Source: Candidatus Latescibacterota bacterium (GTDB lineage Bacteria > Latescibacterota > UBA2968 > UBA8231). From it: 64,000 bases of DNA. Where the stretch lies: NCBI GenBank assembly GCA_965223905.1, contig CBDCXV010000011.1:544001-608000 (forward strand). Reading direction: 5' to 3'. How positions within the stretch are numbered: the first letter of the stretch is position 1; each line of letters begins with the position of its first letter. Position numbers and translations under genes: made by a program. The notes below the pieces were generated by a model. The model did not search any database, was not told the DNA's origin, and saw nothing but the letters and a program-made list of their open reading frames with translations. Below are positions 9,246-19,567 of this stretch, in pieces.

Positions 9246-9515
9246 CTGGAGGAAGCGGTTCACAAGCTGAGCGGCCGCCCCGCCGAGCGCTTCGGGCTGA
9301 CCCGGCGAGGCCTCATCGCCGAGGGATACCACGCAGACATCGTCCTCTTCGATGCGGATACCGTCGCCGACCGCGCCACCTACGAGAATCCCCACCAGCT
9401 CCCCACCGGCATCGACTCGGTGATCGTCAACGGCGTCCAGGTGATTTCCGGGGGAACTGCAATCGATCCCCTGCCGGAGGTGCTGCCGGGCAGGGCGCTG
9501 AAGTACCACTCATGA
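9246..9515 (+). pseudogene. N-acyl-D-amino-acid deacylase C-terminal remnant, in frame with the transposase
   Basis: LEEAVHKLSGRPAERFGL..RGLIAEGYHADIVLFD..DRATYENP..GIDSVIVNG..PGRAL. Confidence 0.85.
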
Positions 9516-9525
9516 AAGGGCCGCG

Positions 9526-10524
9526 ATGAACCGACCCCCGGATGAATTCAGACGCATCGCCGAAAAAGACCTGCTATTCTTCGCAACCGCCTGCCTGCAG
9601 CATGCGGGCATGCCGGGCGACTAGGCCTCGCTGCTGGCCCGCTGCCTCGTCAACTCCGACCTGCGCGGGGTGCGTTCCCACGGGACCCGCGCCCTCCGCG
9701 GCTACTGCGGCGCCCTGCGGGACGGCGCCGTCAACGCCGACCCGGAGATCCGCGTGCTCAAGGAGACGGACGTGGCGATCCACGTCGACGGCGGCGGCGG
9801 CCTCGGATACTCCCCGATGATGATGGCGACCGAGGCCGCGGTCCGGAAGTCCCGCGAAAGGGGGGTCGCCGTCGGAGCCGCCTGCAACATCGGCCACTAC
9901 GGCTCGGCCGGGCATTACGTCCGCCGCGCCATGGAGGAGGGCTGCACCGCCTTCTCGGTGCAGGGGTCCTACCCGCAGTACTACGAGTCGAACGAGGGGA
10001 AGCGGGCAATGTATTACGGCAACCCACCCCTCAGCTTCGGCCTGCCGAGCGCCTCGGAGCCTCCCGTCGTCCTCGACTGCGCCACCTGCATCATGGCCGA
10101 CGACTGGCGCGGACCGGAGTACGAGGCGTTGGAAACCCTGATCCCGGCGGCGTTCTTCAAGTCGATGGGGTACACCGCGGTCGCCTCCGCCCTCGGAGGG
10201 GTATTCGTGGGCCTTGCCGACGAGGCCTGCCGGGAGACCAAGAGGAGATATCCGTCCGCCAGGCTCGGAGGCATGGTCTGGGTGATGGACATCGGCCTCT
10301 TCTGCCCGCCTGACGATTTCCGGCACGGCATCGACGAGATGGTCCGCCTCGCCCGCGAGCAGATGATTCCGCTGCAGGGATACGACGAGACGAACCTGCC
10401 CGGGGCGGTCGAGGACCGCCTGGAGAAGGATCAGCGGGAGAGCGGCGTCCGCATCGGCACGGAGGATGCCGCGCGCCTCGACGAGCTGGCGGCGGAGACC
10501 GGGGTCGCGATCGACTGGATGTAG
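9526..10524 (+). pseudogene. Ldh_2 (type 2 malate/L-lactate dehydrogenase) family oxidoreductase with in-frame TAG at 9622-9624
   Basis: MNRPPDEF..AGMPGD*ASLLARCLVNSDLRGVRSHG; DGGGGLG; GHYGSAGHY; GNPPLSFG. Confidence 0.8.
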
Positions 10525-10576
10525 CTGCCGGTCCGGAAATCGAAAAGCCTTTTACCAATCAGAGGCTGTAATGAGG

Positions 10577-10670
10577 TGCCCCCAGGCCTGCCGGGGTTTA
10601 AATCGCCAAGTGTCAACTGAACGACCACCGGCTTCAAGCCGGTTGGTTCGTTGTTCGGCTGAAGCGACTG
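10577..10670. mobile_element. Hairpin element resembling an IS200/IS605 end or REP-like palindrome
   Basis: AACGACCACCGGCTT-C-AAGCCGGTTGGTTCGTT imperfect hairpin plus CCCCAGGCCTGCCGGGG; family assignment from recalled resemblance only. Confidence 0.45.
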
Positions 10671-10800
10671 AAGGAATGCGGAGTCAGACTGTTTCACATG
10701 GCTCATGGCCTGCGGCCATTTCGCTGCTACTGCTCCACCTGAAGGCAAGGGGTTTCAACCTTCCCCGGAAGAGACGCAAAAACCTCCGGATGAGGGGAAA

Positions 10801-11673
10801 ATGAATCGATTACTGATTTTGTTGATCATGATAGGCGTAGCTGGAGCACACAATGGGCACCTATTTCCCTTCTATGAGCTTACGGATGAGATGCTGGAAA
10901 CGATTGATATACATGATGGACTAATCGACGAGTGGTATGAGGTCGGCGAACCCTGTATGACAACGCTGGATTTCAAGACTGTCCGGGACCAAGTTCCGTT
11001 TGATCCCTCCAACCTCGATTTCCAAATCTGGCTGGCTTGGCACGAGGAACTTAATCGGATTTATGTGGCTGTCATTGTCGCTGACGATGAACACAAGAAC
11101 TGGGATAGGATAGACTTCGCGGAGGACGGCATTGATTTCTACCTCGATGCCGATCACAGCGGCGGTAGAGGGTACTTGGATGTGTTGCTAGATGGTACGG
11201 AGGTGGCGACAGAGAAGGTGCATCTGATGTGGGGACAAACGCAAAGGTATCGTGCCATTCCTCAGGCAACAAGCGAGGGGACACGGATAACAGGTGGGGG
11301 ATATGGGTGGAGGATTCACCCTCCTTACGGAGACGCAGGTGGAGAAGCTGCCGGAGAGAATCCCACAATTTGGATAATCGAGATGTATGTTACGCCATTC
11401 AATCAATGGGGATACAGCGTGGAAGAGACTACTTTCGGTGAGCTGTCCGCGCATCGGATCGTAGGATTCGCCCTGGTTATCACCGACTACGATCGCTCTA
11501 AAGACCATACGGGTACTATAGAGTGGAACCCGGAAGCCATAGAGGATATGGAGGCGCTTCATTATCTCGGCCGCCACGTGGCCGAGATCTTCCTCGATGG
11601 ACTGTTGTTTCCCGCTCAGGAAACAGCCGTCGAGTCCCTTGCCTGGGGACGGATCAAGGCATCGCTGCAATAA
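10801..11673 (+). CDS. Secreted CBM9/DOMON-like protein with C-terminal TAVESLAWGRIKAS motif
   Basis: Signal peptide; DGLIDEW, IWLAW..RIYVAVIVADD, DGIDFYLDADHSGG; visibly AT-richer than flanks. Confidence 0.7.
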   Translation: MNRLLILLIMIGVAGAHNGHLFPFYELTDEMLETIDIHDGLIDEWYEVGEPCMTTLDFKTVRDQVPFDPSNLDFQIWLAWHEELNRIYVAVIVADDEHKNWDRIDFAEDGIDFYLDADHSGGRGYLDVLLDGTEVATEKVHLMWGQTQRYRAIPQATSEGTRITGGGYGWRIHPPYGDAGGEAAGENPTIWIIEMYVTPFNQWGYSVEETTFGELSAHRIVGFALVITDYDRSKDHTGTIEWNPEAIEDMEALHYLGRHVAEIFLDGLLFPAQETAVESLAWGRIKASLQ

Positions 11674-12526
11674 TGGCCTTCTACATCCTCCTGCTCCTGC
11701 TCGCTCAAGTCAGAGCCCACGATCTGAGCGGGAGCGTATACTGCTCGCGGGATGGTGAAGCTCGCCGGCTATCGGATTTTGGAGCCGTCACCCCGATATG
11801 GTCACCGGACGGCCAAAGCATCTGCTACGTCCAGCAAACCGATGATGAGAGCCTGTTTCACCTCATATCGCCTACCGGTAAGAATCTGGAGACCATACCC
11901 CTACCCCCGCCATTGACGCTTACGGGAGGCATGTCCTGGCATCCCAACGGAAAGATCGCCTTCGCCGCAGGTCAGGGGGAGTCGTTCGACATCTACAGCC
12001 TGAATCTACAGACCGGACAAACCCGACAGATCATGTCGGATGGCATTCAGCCGGCCTGGTCTCCGGATGGCCAGCTACTGGGCTTCACTACGTACCGGGA
12101 CAGCAACCTGGAAATCTATCTTGCGGACCACGAAGGACGCTTGCGGAATCTGTCCCGTCACGACGGCCTCGATGCCCGTTCTTCATGGGAGCCCGGGGGA
12201 ACCCGCATCGCTTTCGAAAGCACCCGGTTCGGTAATCTGGAGATCTGTGTAGTTGACGTCGTCAGCGGGGACATAATTCGCCTGACGAATGACCCAGGCA
12301 AGGATTGGAATCCGGCCTGGGCTCCTGATGGCCGGATCGCTTTCGTTTCTGACCGAACCGGGGAAACCAGGATCTTCACATGGCGGCCGACGGGGCGAAC
12401 GTCACACAATTTCCCCAAGGACATGCGGGTGACTGGCAGCTGTCCTGGTCACCCGATGGAAAAAACCTATGCTTCGTATCCAGCAGGCCGGAACCGTTCT
12501 TTGATTGGCTGTTCCGATTGTTCTGA
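11673..12526 (+). CDS. TolB-like PD40-repeat protein, apparent 1-nt deletion near 12379
   Basis: PIWSPDG, PAWSPDG, PAWAPDG repeats; last repeat MAADG..LSWSPDGKNLCFVSSR continues in another frame. Confidence 0.8.
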
Positions 12527-12541
12527 CTGATGTGAACGGGG

Positions 12542-12560
12542 GGATCCCGAGGCGGGATCC
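12542..12560. terminator. Hairpin between convergent genes
   Basis: GGATCCCG-AGG-CGGGATCC; no clear U tract. Confidence 0.35.
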
Positions 12561-12638
12561 TCGCCGGGCATCTTGACACCTTTCTCCGGCACCGCCCGAA
12601 CGATGCCCCTCCGGGTAGAGCCGGCGGGGCCGTCGCCC

Positions 12639-13850
12639 TCAACCGATGACACCCTCGGTCCGCAGGCGGGCAAGCTCCGACGCTGAAACCCCGACCAGCT
12701 CCCGGAGCACCTCGTCCGTATGCTGCCCCAGGTCGGGAGCCGGGCGCGGCTCGAGCACACAATCCCCATCCGAGAACTTTAGCGGCGAAGCGGGAACCGC
12801 GATCGAGGCTCCCGCGGCCGGTAGCTCCTGCCGCCTGATGGCGCCCCTGGCGGCGACGTGGGGATCGGCGACCACCTCCCCTATGTCGTGGATCGGTCCG
12901 CAAGGTACCCCTGCCTGCCCGAGAAGTTCGCACCATTCCTCCACCGGACGACGCGCAAGCCGGACGGCCAACAGCTCTTCCATCTCGGCGTGGTTCCGGG
13001 TGCGCAGCTCGTTGGTCGCGAAGCGGGCGTCCTCGCACAGCTCCGGCGAGCCGATGGTCTCGCACAGCGACCGCCACAGGCGGTTGTTGCCGGCGGCGAT
13101 CACGAGATACCCGTCCGCGGCCCGGAAGAACTGGAACGGCGTGATCGCCGGGTGGCGGCTGCCCAGGGGCGCCGGCACCTCGCCGGAGACGTCGTAGCGG
13201 GCGATGGCGTTCTCGAGCAGGGCGACCTGGCAGTCGAGCATGGAGACGTCGAGGTGCTGGCCCCGGCCCGTTTCCCGGGCCCGCGCCAGGGCGGCGATCA
13301 TGCCGATGACCCCGTAGAGGGCGGCGCTGAGATCCGCTATCGAGGAGCCGACCCTGACCGGGGGCTGACCCTCGATCCCGGTGATGCTGGCGATGCCACT
13401 CATCGCCTGGATGATGATGTCGTAGGCAGGCCGTTTCGCGTACGGACCGGTCTGCCCGAAGCCGGATATCGAGGCGTAGACAAGGCGGGGGTGCTCCGCG
13501 TGCAGCCTGTCGAAGTCGAGCCCGAAGCGCGCCATGCTTCCCGGGCGGAAGTTTTCGAGGAGCAGGTCGCACCTGCCGGCCAGGGCGCGCGCCAGCTCCT
13601 GCCCGCGCTCGCTGCGCAGGTCGACGGCGACGCTCTTCTTGCCGCGGTTGACGCTGGCGAAGTAGGCGCTCTCGCCGTTGACGAATGGCCCGAACCCGCG
13701 CGCCTCGTCCCCGGTCCCGGGAAGCTCGACCTTGACTACCTCGGCTCCGAAATCGGCGAGGACCATCGACGCGAACGGGCCGGCGAGGACGCGCGTCAGA
13801 TCGAGGACGCGAACTCCGTTTAACAAACCTGCCTGTTGTTCCTGTTCCAT
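12639..13850 (-). CDS. CaiB/BaiF (family III) CoA-transferase
   Basis: LNGVRVLDLTRVLAGPF..GAEVVKVE; NRGKKS; ENFRPG; SISGFGQTGP. Confidence 0.95.
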   Translation of the reverse strand: MEQEQQAGLLNGVRVLDLTRVLAGPFASMVLADFGAEVVKVELPGTGDEARGFGPFVNGESAYFASVNRGKKSVAVDLRSERGQELARALAGRCDLLLENFRPGSMARFGLDFDRLHAEHPRLVYASISGFGQTGPYAKRPAYDIIIQAMSGIASITGIEGQPPVRVGSSIADLSAALYGVIGMIAALARARETGRGQHLDVSMLDCQVALLENAIARYDVSGEVPAPLGSRHPAITPFQFFRAADGYLVIAAGNNRLWRSLCETIGSPELCEDARFATNELRTRNHAEMEELLAVRLARRPVEEWCELLGQAGVPCGPIHDIGEVVADPHVAARGAIRRQELPAAGASIAVPASPLKFSDGDCVLEPRPAPDLGQHTDEVLRELVGVSASELARLRTEGVIG

Positions 13851-13860
13851 CTTTTCCTCC

Positions 13861-15573
13861 TCAGGACGGGGGCTGCAGCAGGGAGGCCCCTTCCCCCGGG
13901 GCGACGACGCTCGACTGCAACTCCATCTCGATTCCCGTGCGCTGGCGAATCGCGGCGGCCAGTTGCCGCGCCGGGGCCCCATCGACACAGTCGCGGCGCA
14001 CCAGGCCGCCGGCCCTTCCCCCCCAGCCGGCGCCGAGCCGCTGCACCGCCCCGGCCTCCTCTCCGCCGACCTCCACGAGACAGCTGTTTACGGCTTCCAC
14101 CACGCGGTCGTACTCGGGGGTCATGCGGCCGTACCCTCCCGCCAGGAAGCAGAGGCGCCAGCGCCCGTCTCTTGCGGCGACCCCGGCGGCATGGCGCGCC
14201 AGCAGCTCGGCATCAACCTCCTGGTCGCGTTCGCCTGAGTGGGAAAGGCGGATCAGCCGCAGGGCGCTGCGCATGTCGCCGCGGCGGAGGAAGTTCTGCA
14301 TCATGTGCACGCGGTCCTGCTCGGCCAGGGCGAAAGCGGCGCGCCGGCGCAGCAGAATCGGATGATCCGCGGACAGGTGCGGGTAGCGGTCGGCGACCTC
14401 GCGGTCGCGAAAGTCGGAGAACTGCGCCTCCCTGCCGGCGTCCCCGGCCCAGCGTTCGACCTCCCTCAAGGAGGTGCGCCGCGGCAGCGCCCGCAGCAGC
14501 TCGAAGATCTGCGCCTGGGAGAGACCGAGGTTCCCCGGGGTCACATCCCGCAGCAGCCGCAGGCACCCCCGTCCCCCGATACCGGAACAATCCGCGTCTC
14601 TTGCGAGCACCGGCAGGATCAGCTCCCGCAGGGCGAACACCGCGAGCGGATAGGAGATTACGGTCTCGTCCTTGGCGGCCTCGTCGTAGCGCCGCGGAAC
14701 GCCTGTGTCGAAGCTGACCGCGGCGTATTCCGGCGGCAGCCGCACCCGTCCCTCGTCGCTGGCCGGCAGCGCCCCGACCGCTACCAGCTCTCCTTCCCTG
14801 CCCATGATCATGCCGCCGTGATCGGAGCAGCCGCCGCGCGTCCCGCGCAGCCACTCGGAGATGCCGATGCCGTCGACGAGATCCTCCAGGGGCATATCCA
14901 CCCGAGGCCTCAGGCCGTTTACTGCCAATGCGGCGCAGGCCGTCGACACCACCACCGCCGAGGAGGACGACATACCTCCGGCGGAGGGGACATTGCTCCA
15001 GAGCACCCCGTCGAATCCACCGATGCGGCCGCGGAAGCGGCTCGACAGATAGGCCAGCTGACCACGAGGCAGCACTCCCCAATCCGCGGCCAGGCTGCTG
15101 CCGGTCTCCTGCTCGCGCCGGGAGCAGACGCCGCTGGCGAAATCGATGAACGCCTCCCGGGAACGGACATCCCTCCCGGGGTCGATGTCGCGCAGGTCGA
15201 GCTCGACAGCCGGGAACGGATCCGCGGCACCGGCGCGTTCGCCGATGGAACGCAGGCGGACGCCGGTCCCCGAGGAGCCTTCCTGCCGGCCCGCTACGGT
15301 TATGACGTCGGCGCCCCTCACCGCCATGCGCAGCGACGGCATGCCGCCGTAGTCGAGGTGCATCCCCATGAGGTTCATCTGCCCGGGGCAGCGCGCCACC
15401 GCAACCCGGGAGGCCCGGCCGTACGACTCGGCATAGGCATCGAGGGCGCGGGCGTACCTCCGCTCCCACAGGGCGACCTGACCTGCGCCGTAGAGGCGGG
15501 AGAATTCATCGGCGAAGGCGCCCTTGTCCAGGGCCTCCCTCCACTCCTGCCAGGAACAGGTGTGGCTGGCCAT
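13861..15573 (-). CDS. Galactokinase-like GHMP kinase (long, divergent)
   Basis: ARCPGQMNLMGMHLDYGG; NVPSAGGMSSSSA; GGCSDH; RLGAGWGG. Confidence 0.8.
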   Translation of the reverse strand: MASHTCSWQEWREALDKGAFADEFSRLYGAGQVALWERRYARALDAYAESYGRASRVAVARCPGQMNLMGMHLDYGGMPSLRMAVRGADVITVAGRQEGSSGTGVRLRSIGERAGAADPFPAVELDLRDIDPGRDVRSREAFIDFASGVCSRREQETGSSLAADWGVLPRGQLAYLSSRFRGRIGGFDGVLWSNVPSAGGMSSSSAVVVSTACAALAVNGLRPRVDMPLEDLVDGIGISEWLRGTRGGCSDHGGMIMGREGELVAVGALPASDEGRVRLPPEYAAVSFDTGVPRRYDEAAKDETVISYPLAVFALRELILPVLARDADCSGIGGRGCLRLLRDVTPGNLGLSQAQIFELLRALPRRTSLREVERWAGDAGREAQFSDFRDREVADRYPHLSADHPILLRRRAAFALAEQDRVHMMQNFLRRGDMRSALRLIRLSHSGERDQEVDAELLARHAAGVAARDGRWRLCFLAGGYGRMTPEYDRVVEAVNSCLVEVGGEEAGAVQRLGAGWGGRAGGLVRRDCVDGAPARQLAAAIRQRTGIEMELQSSVVAPGEGASLLQPPS

Positions 15574-15589
15574 GGAGGCAGGGGCCCCC

Positions 15590-17874
15590 CTACAGGGTCC
15601 CGGAAAGCGCTACGGTGACCCGCCGCAGGGGGCGTACCTCGCGCTCGGACAGGATGTAGTGGTAGCGCAACAGGTTGTCGACGCGGAGGGTGAGCGTCGC
15701 CAGGCCGACCCGGCGCTCGACGAAGGCGTCGACGAGGTACACCGGCAGGTGGTCGCGCCCGCACTCGGCGAACAGTCCCGACACGCGCTCGAAGCGGCTC
15801 GTGTAGCGAAAGCTGAAACCGCCGCGGCTCATCCCCCTCCCCATGCCGAGGCTCGAGGTGACGGCATGGCGGGACCGGTACGGCAGCGGCGCGGTGTCCC
15901 CGGGACGCAGGTCGTCGTGGCAGTACGGCGGCAGCGGCACCCCCTCGGCGAGGAACTCGAGGGCGTCGACGTAGGTGTAGGAGGCCTTCCATTTCGCCCC
16001 GAACGGAAGCGCCAGCTGCTGCTCCAGCTCCAGCCCGCGAATGCGGGCGCGCGAGATGTTGCGAAAGCTGGCCCGCGGGACGACCACTGAGGTCGGTTCG
16101 GGCCTGGCTTCGATCAGGCCTTCGAACTCGTTCCAGAACAGGGCGCCGTCGATGGCGAGCGCCCCTCCGAGGACCCGCCTGATCCCCGCCTCGTACGACC
16201 AACTGCGCTCCGAAGCGAGGCCGGGATTCGGACAGACGAGAATCCCCGAGGCATCGGCCTGGACGTGGATCTCCGTGACCGAGGGGGCCCGGAAACCGCG
16301 GCCGGCCGAGAGCCGGATGGCGCCGGGGGCCGCTTTCCAGGACAGCCCGATCTGGGGGCTGAACTGGGCCTCGGTGTGCGCGGCGATCCGGCGGTTAGCA
16401 TCCGCTGACCCGCACGGCCCCCCGGCTTCCGAACCCTCTCCTGCACCGCGGCGGTGAAGATCGGCGCGCATGCCGAGGGTGAGCTCGAGGTCCCGGAAGT
16501 CCACGACGTTCTGGGCGTACAGGGCGGTGTTGAGAACGGTGCGCTCGCCGAGGAAATCGGCCGGAGACCGCGCCAGGTCGTAGATCCCGGTGGCGCCGAC
16601 GATGACCCCGCGGCTGCCGAGCCGTTCCCCGATGTCGAGCTGCAGTTCGGTCCCGATCTTGTGGCCCGCCGACGCCAGGCCGCCGGCTGCCCGGGTGTTG
16701 TCGAAGTCGGTGCGGAAATAGAACCCCCGCCACCGCAGGTTCGTCCCCGGATTCACGAGGTGGGTCATCTCTGTGTTGAGGTTGAGCTTCCAGGAAACCG
16801 TGGCGGCGTCCCGGTCCCCTTCCGGTACCAACAGCGGGCTGGCGCGGTCCTTCCACTGCAGAAAAACCGCGTGATCGTCGTACGCCCAGTTTGCCAGTCC
16901 GGTCCAGCGAGTATGCCTGCCGAGCTGACGGGTCCCCTTGGCGAACAGGTTGTAGCGGGTCGACTCGCCGTTCTCGCGGTACCCTGTGCCGCGCTTGTGG
17001 CCCGAGGAGACGAGGTAGCCGCCCGCGGCGGTCGTGCGGGAGTGGCTGACGTCGACGCCGCCGAGGTACATGAGGTCCCGCCACTTCCAGGAGGGATGCG
17101 CCGGCTGGTCGTAGAGGCCGCTGACGAGGCGGAAGCGGGTCTCGGGAAGCTCCGACGGGGAGCGAGTCAACACGTTGATGACGCCGCCGAGGGCACCGGT
17201 TCCGTACATGGCCGAACCGGCCCCCTTTATCAGCTCGACCCGCTCCACTTCGGTGACCGGGATGATGTCCCACTTGATGTCCCCCTGGTCGGCCGAAAGC
17301 GCCGGAACCCCGTCCAAAAGCAACAGCACGCGGCTGCCGGTGCCGCGGCTGTACCCGCTCGAACCGCGGATGCTGACCTGGCTGCCCACCTGGCTGACAC
17401 CGGGCAGATGGCGCAGGGGCCCCGACAGGCTGAAGGAGTTGAAGCCGGTCAGCTCCCGCCGGTCGGTCACCGACATGCTGATCGGCGCCTCGGCGAACGG
17501 CTGCGGCCTCCGCGTCGCCGTGACCACTACTCCGGGCAGCTCCACCGCGGTCTCCTCGAGGAGGATGCTGCCGAGATCGAGGGATTGCCCCTCTCCGACC
17601 TCGATGTCGAAACGGAGCGGGTGCGGTAGCCGACAAAGGAGATGACGAGGAGCTGCGGCCCCGGCTCGACCGCGAACCGGAAGCTGCCACCTTCCCCGGC
17701 GAGCGATCCCTCTCCCGTCTTTTCCAGGTAGACGTTCGCCCCGGCAAGCGCGGTGCTGTCGCCCGCCGCCACAATCCGGCCGCTGATCTCGGCGCCGGTC
17801 GCCGGGGCCGCCGATGCGGACGAAAGCAGGCTGCCGGCCAGCAGCAACAGGAGGAGGAAACGGGCGGCCGTCAT
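15590..17874 (-). CDS. TonB-dependent receptor with N-terminal carboxypeptidase-regulatory domain; frameshift about 17620
   Basis: Signal peptide MTAARFLLLLLLAG; VVVTATR; SIRGS; VERVELIKGAGSAMYGTGALGGVIN; GFRAPS; two frames join if one G is added at 17619-17621. Confidence 0.88.
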
Positions 17875-18449
17875 CACTGCGAGCCCCCCTGGGCGGCCTC
17901 GATCAGGGCCTCGGGCAGCACCGCGGTGCAGAGGGTGGAACCGACCTCGGGGGGATCGGCGACCAGACCGAGATCGACGGTGAGGTCGATGCCGGTGGTG
18001 ACGCGGCCGGGAGAGACCTCGACCGCCCCCGGAAGCGAATCCCCCTCGACGTGATAGCACCCGAGGAGGGAGGTGAAGTCCCAGAAGGCGTCGGGCCGCC
18101 GCCAGGCGACGATGATCCAGCGGTACACCCCTTCCCGTTCGAGGGGCACGAAGTAGTCGTAGCTGCGGCTTCCCAGGGGGGCGTCCTGATCGGCGCCGCT
18201 GAGGCCGAACAGGTCCGTCGCCTCCTCGGGGAGATCGCGGTACACGGCTACGGCTACCTGGCCGATATCCTCCGTCCACTCCCCAAGGAAGGTCACGGTG
18301 CCCGAGATGCCGGTGAGCGGCGGCTCGGCTTCGAGGCCGCGGTCGCAGGCCGCGGCTGCGAGAAAGGCGGCGATCGCCGCGCCCACTGCCAGGGCCCGGG
18401 AGCGGCAGGCTTGCGGGAGGTGCCTACCTGGTGTCCTCGCCGTCTGCAT
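17874..18449 (-). CDS. Hypothetical lipoprotein coupled to the TonB receptor
   Basis: AAFLAAAAC lipobox-like; TGISGTVTFLGEW; stop overlaps receptor start. Confidence 0.7.
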   Translation of the reverse strand: MQTARTPGRHLPQACRSRALAVGAAIAAFLAAAACDRGLEAEPPLTGISGTVTFLGEWTEDIGQVAVAVYRDLPEEATDLFGLSGADQDAPLGSRSYDYFVPLEREGVYRWIIVAWRRPDAFWDFTSLLGCYHVEGDSLPGAVEVSPGRVTTGIDLTVDLGLVADPPEVGSTLCTAVLPEALIEAAQGGSQ

Positions 18450-18457
18450 GGCTCTCT

Positions 18458-19567
18458 CTACGGAGTCACCACCCGGTGGGCCCGGCAGTAGCGCTCCAGG
18501 GCCTCCAGGTCGAGTTCGCACCCCAGCCCCGGCCGCGACGGCACCGGGACGAAGCCGTCCCGGAACAGGATCGGCTCGAGGATCAGGTCGTCCTCCCGGG
18601 TCCAGGAGCCGACGAAATCGGAGGCCATGGTGCAGTTCGGGGCCAGGGCCGCACAGTGCACGTAGCAGGTGTCGACGATGCCGAGATCGTTCCCCGACCC
18701 GTGCCAGCAGCGCATGCCCCCGGCCGCGGCGACCGCGGCGTTGCGCATGAAGCCGACCGGGCCGCCGTTGAGGTTGAAGCAGTCTACGAGATCGGCCTTC
18801 ATCGCCGCCAGCACCTGCCCGGGGTCGCCGAGGTGCATCGCCAGCGGCAGGTCGATCTCCTCGTGAATCAGGGCGTACCCCTCGACATCGGCCTTGGGGA
18901 TCGGATCTTCGAAGACCTCGACGTTGCCCAGCGGCGCCAGCTCCCCGGCGAGGGCGATCGTCTGCTCGGCGGTGTGGAAGCGCTCGTTGGGATCGACGGT
19001 CACCTTGAACGAGGGGCCGGCGGCGTCGAGCATTGCCCGCAGCCGCTCGACCATCGGCTCCTCGATGCGGCACTTGATCTTGACTCCCCTGAATCCCTGC
19101 TCGAGGGCGCGCTCGACCGTCCGCCTGCCGTCCTCCGGGGTCTGGTGGCCCATCCAGTAGTCGGCGCGCACGCGCTCGCGCACGGCGCCTCCGAGCAGGG
19201 CGTGCAGAGGCAGCCCGCGCATGCGGCCGACCAGGTCGAGCACCGCCATCTCGAAGGCCTCGTACGCCTCCCCGGCGGCGATTACCAGCATCTCCTCGGT
19301 GCCGTCGGCCGGTTCGCGGAAAATATCGCGCAGGGTGATCGACTCCGGATCGCGGCCGACGAGGCGGGCGGCTCCCGCGGCGACCGTCGCCGCCTCCGTG
19401 CCGCGGCCGGTCTCCCCGATCCCGGTGAGCTCGGTGCCGGTGTTGATCCGCAGGATCTGCTTGGGCACCTGGTCCCAGCCGGTCTCCGGCACCCACTCAG
19501 GGCTGTGCACGCGGCCGGGAATCGTCGGCACCACCACCGTCCAGATGTCGATCGAGGTGATCTTCAC
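18458..19567 (-). CDS. Mandelate racemase/muconate cycloisomerase (enolase superfamily) enzyme
   Basis: GTG start KITSID; FEMAVLDLVGR..LLGGAVR; KIK; VDPNE; FEDP; PGLGCELD. Confidence 0.9.
   Translation of the reverse strand: MKITSIDIWTVVVPTIPGRVHSPEWVPETGWDQVPKQILRINTGTELTGIGETGRGTEAATVAAGAARLVGRDPESITLRDIFREPADGTEEMLVIAAGEAYEAFEMAVLDLVGRMRGLPLHALLGGAVRERVRADYWMGHQTPEDGRRTVERALEQGFRGVKIKCRIEEPMVERLRAMLDAAGPSFKVTVDPNERFHTAEQTIALAGELAPLGNVEVFEDPIPKADVEGYALIHEEIDLPLAMHLGDPGQVLAAMKADLVDCFNLNGGPVGFMRNAAVAAAGGMRCWHGSGNDLGIVDTCYVHCAALAPNCTMASDFVGSWTREDDLILEPILFRDGFVPVPSRPGLGCELDLEALERYCRAHRVVTP

Noticed and set aside
9622-9624. Pyrrolysine recoding
   Set aside because: Non-catalytic position, decayed neighbourhood and no pyl genes visible.
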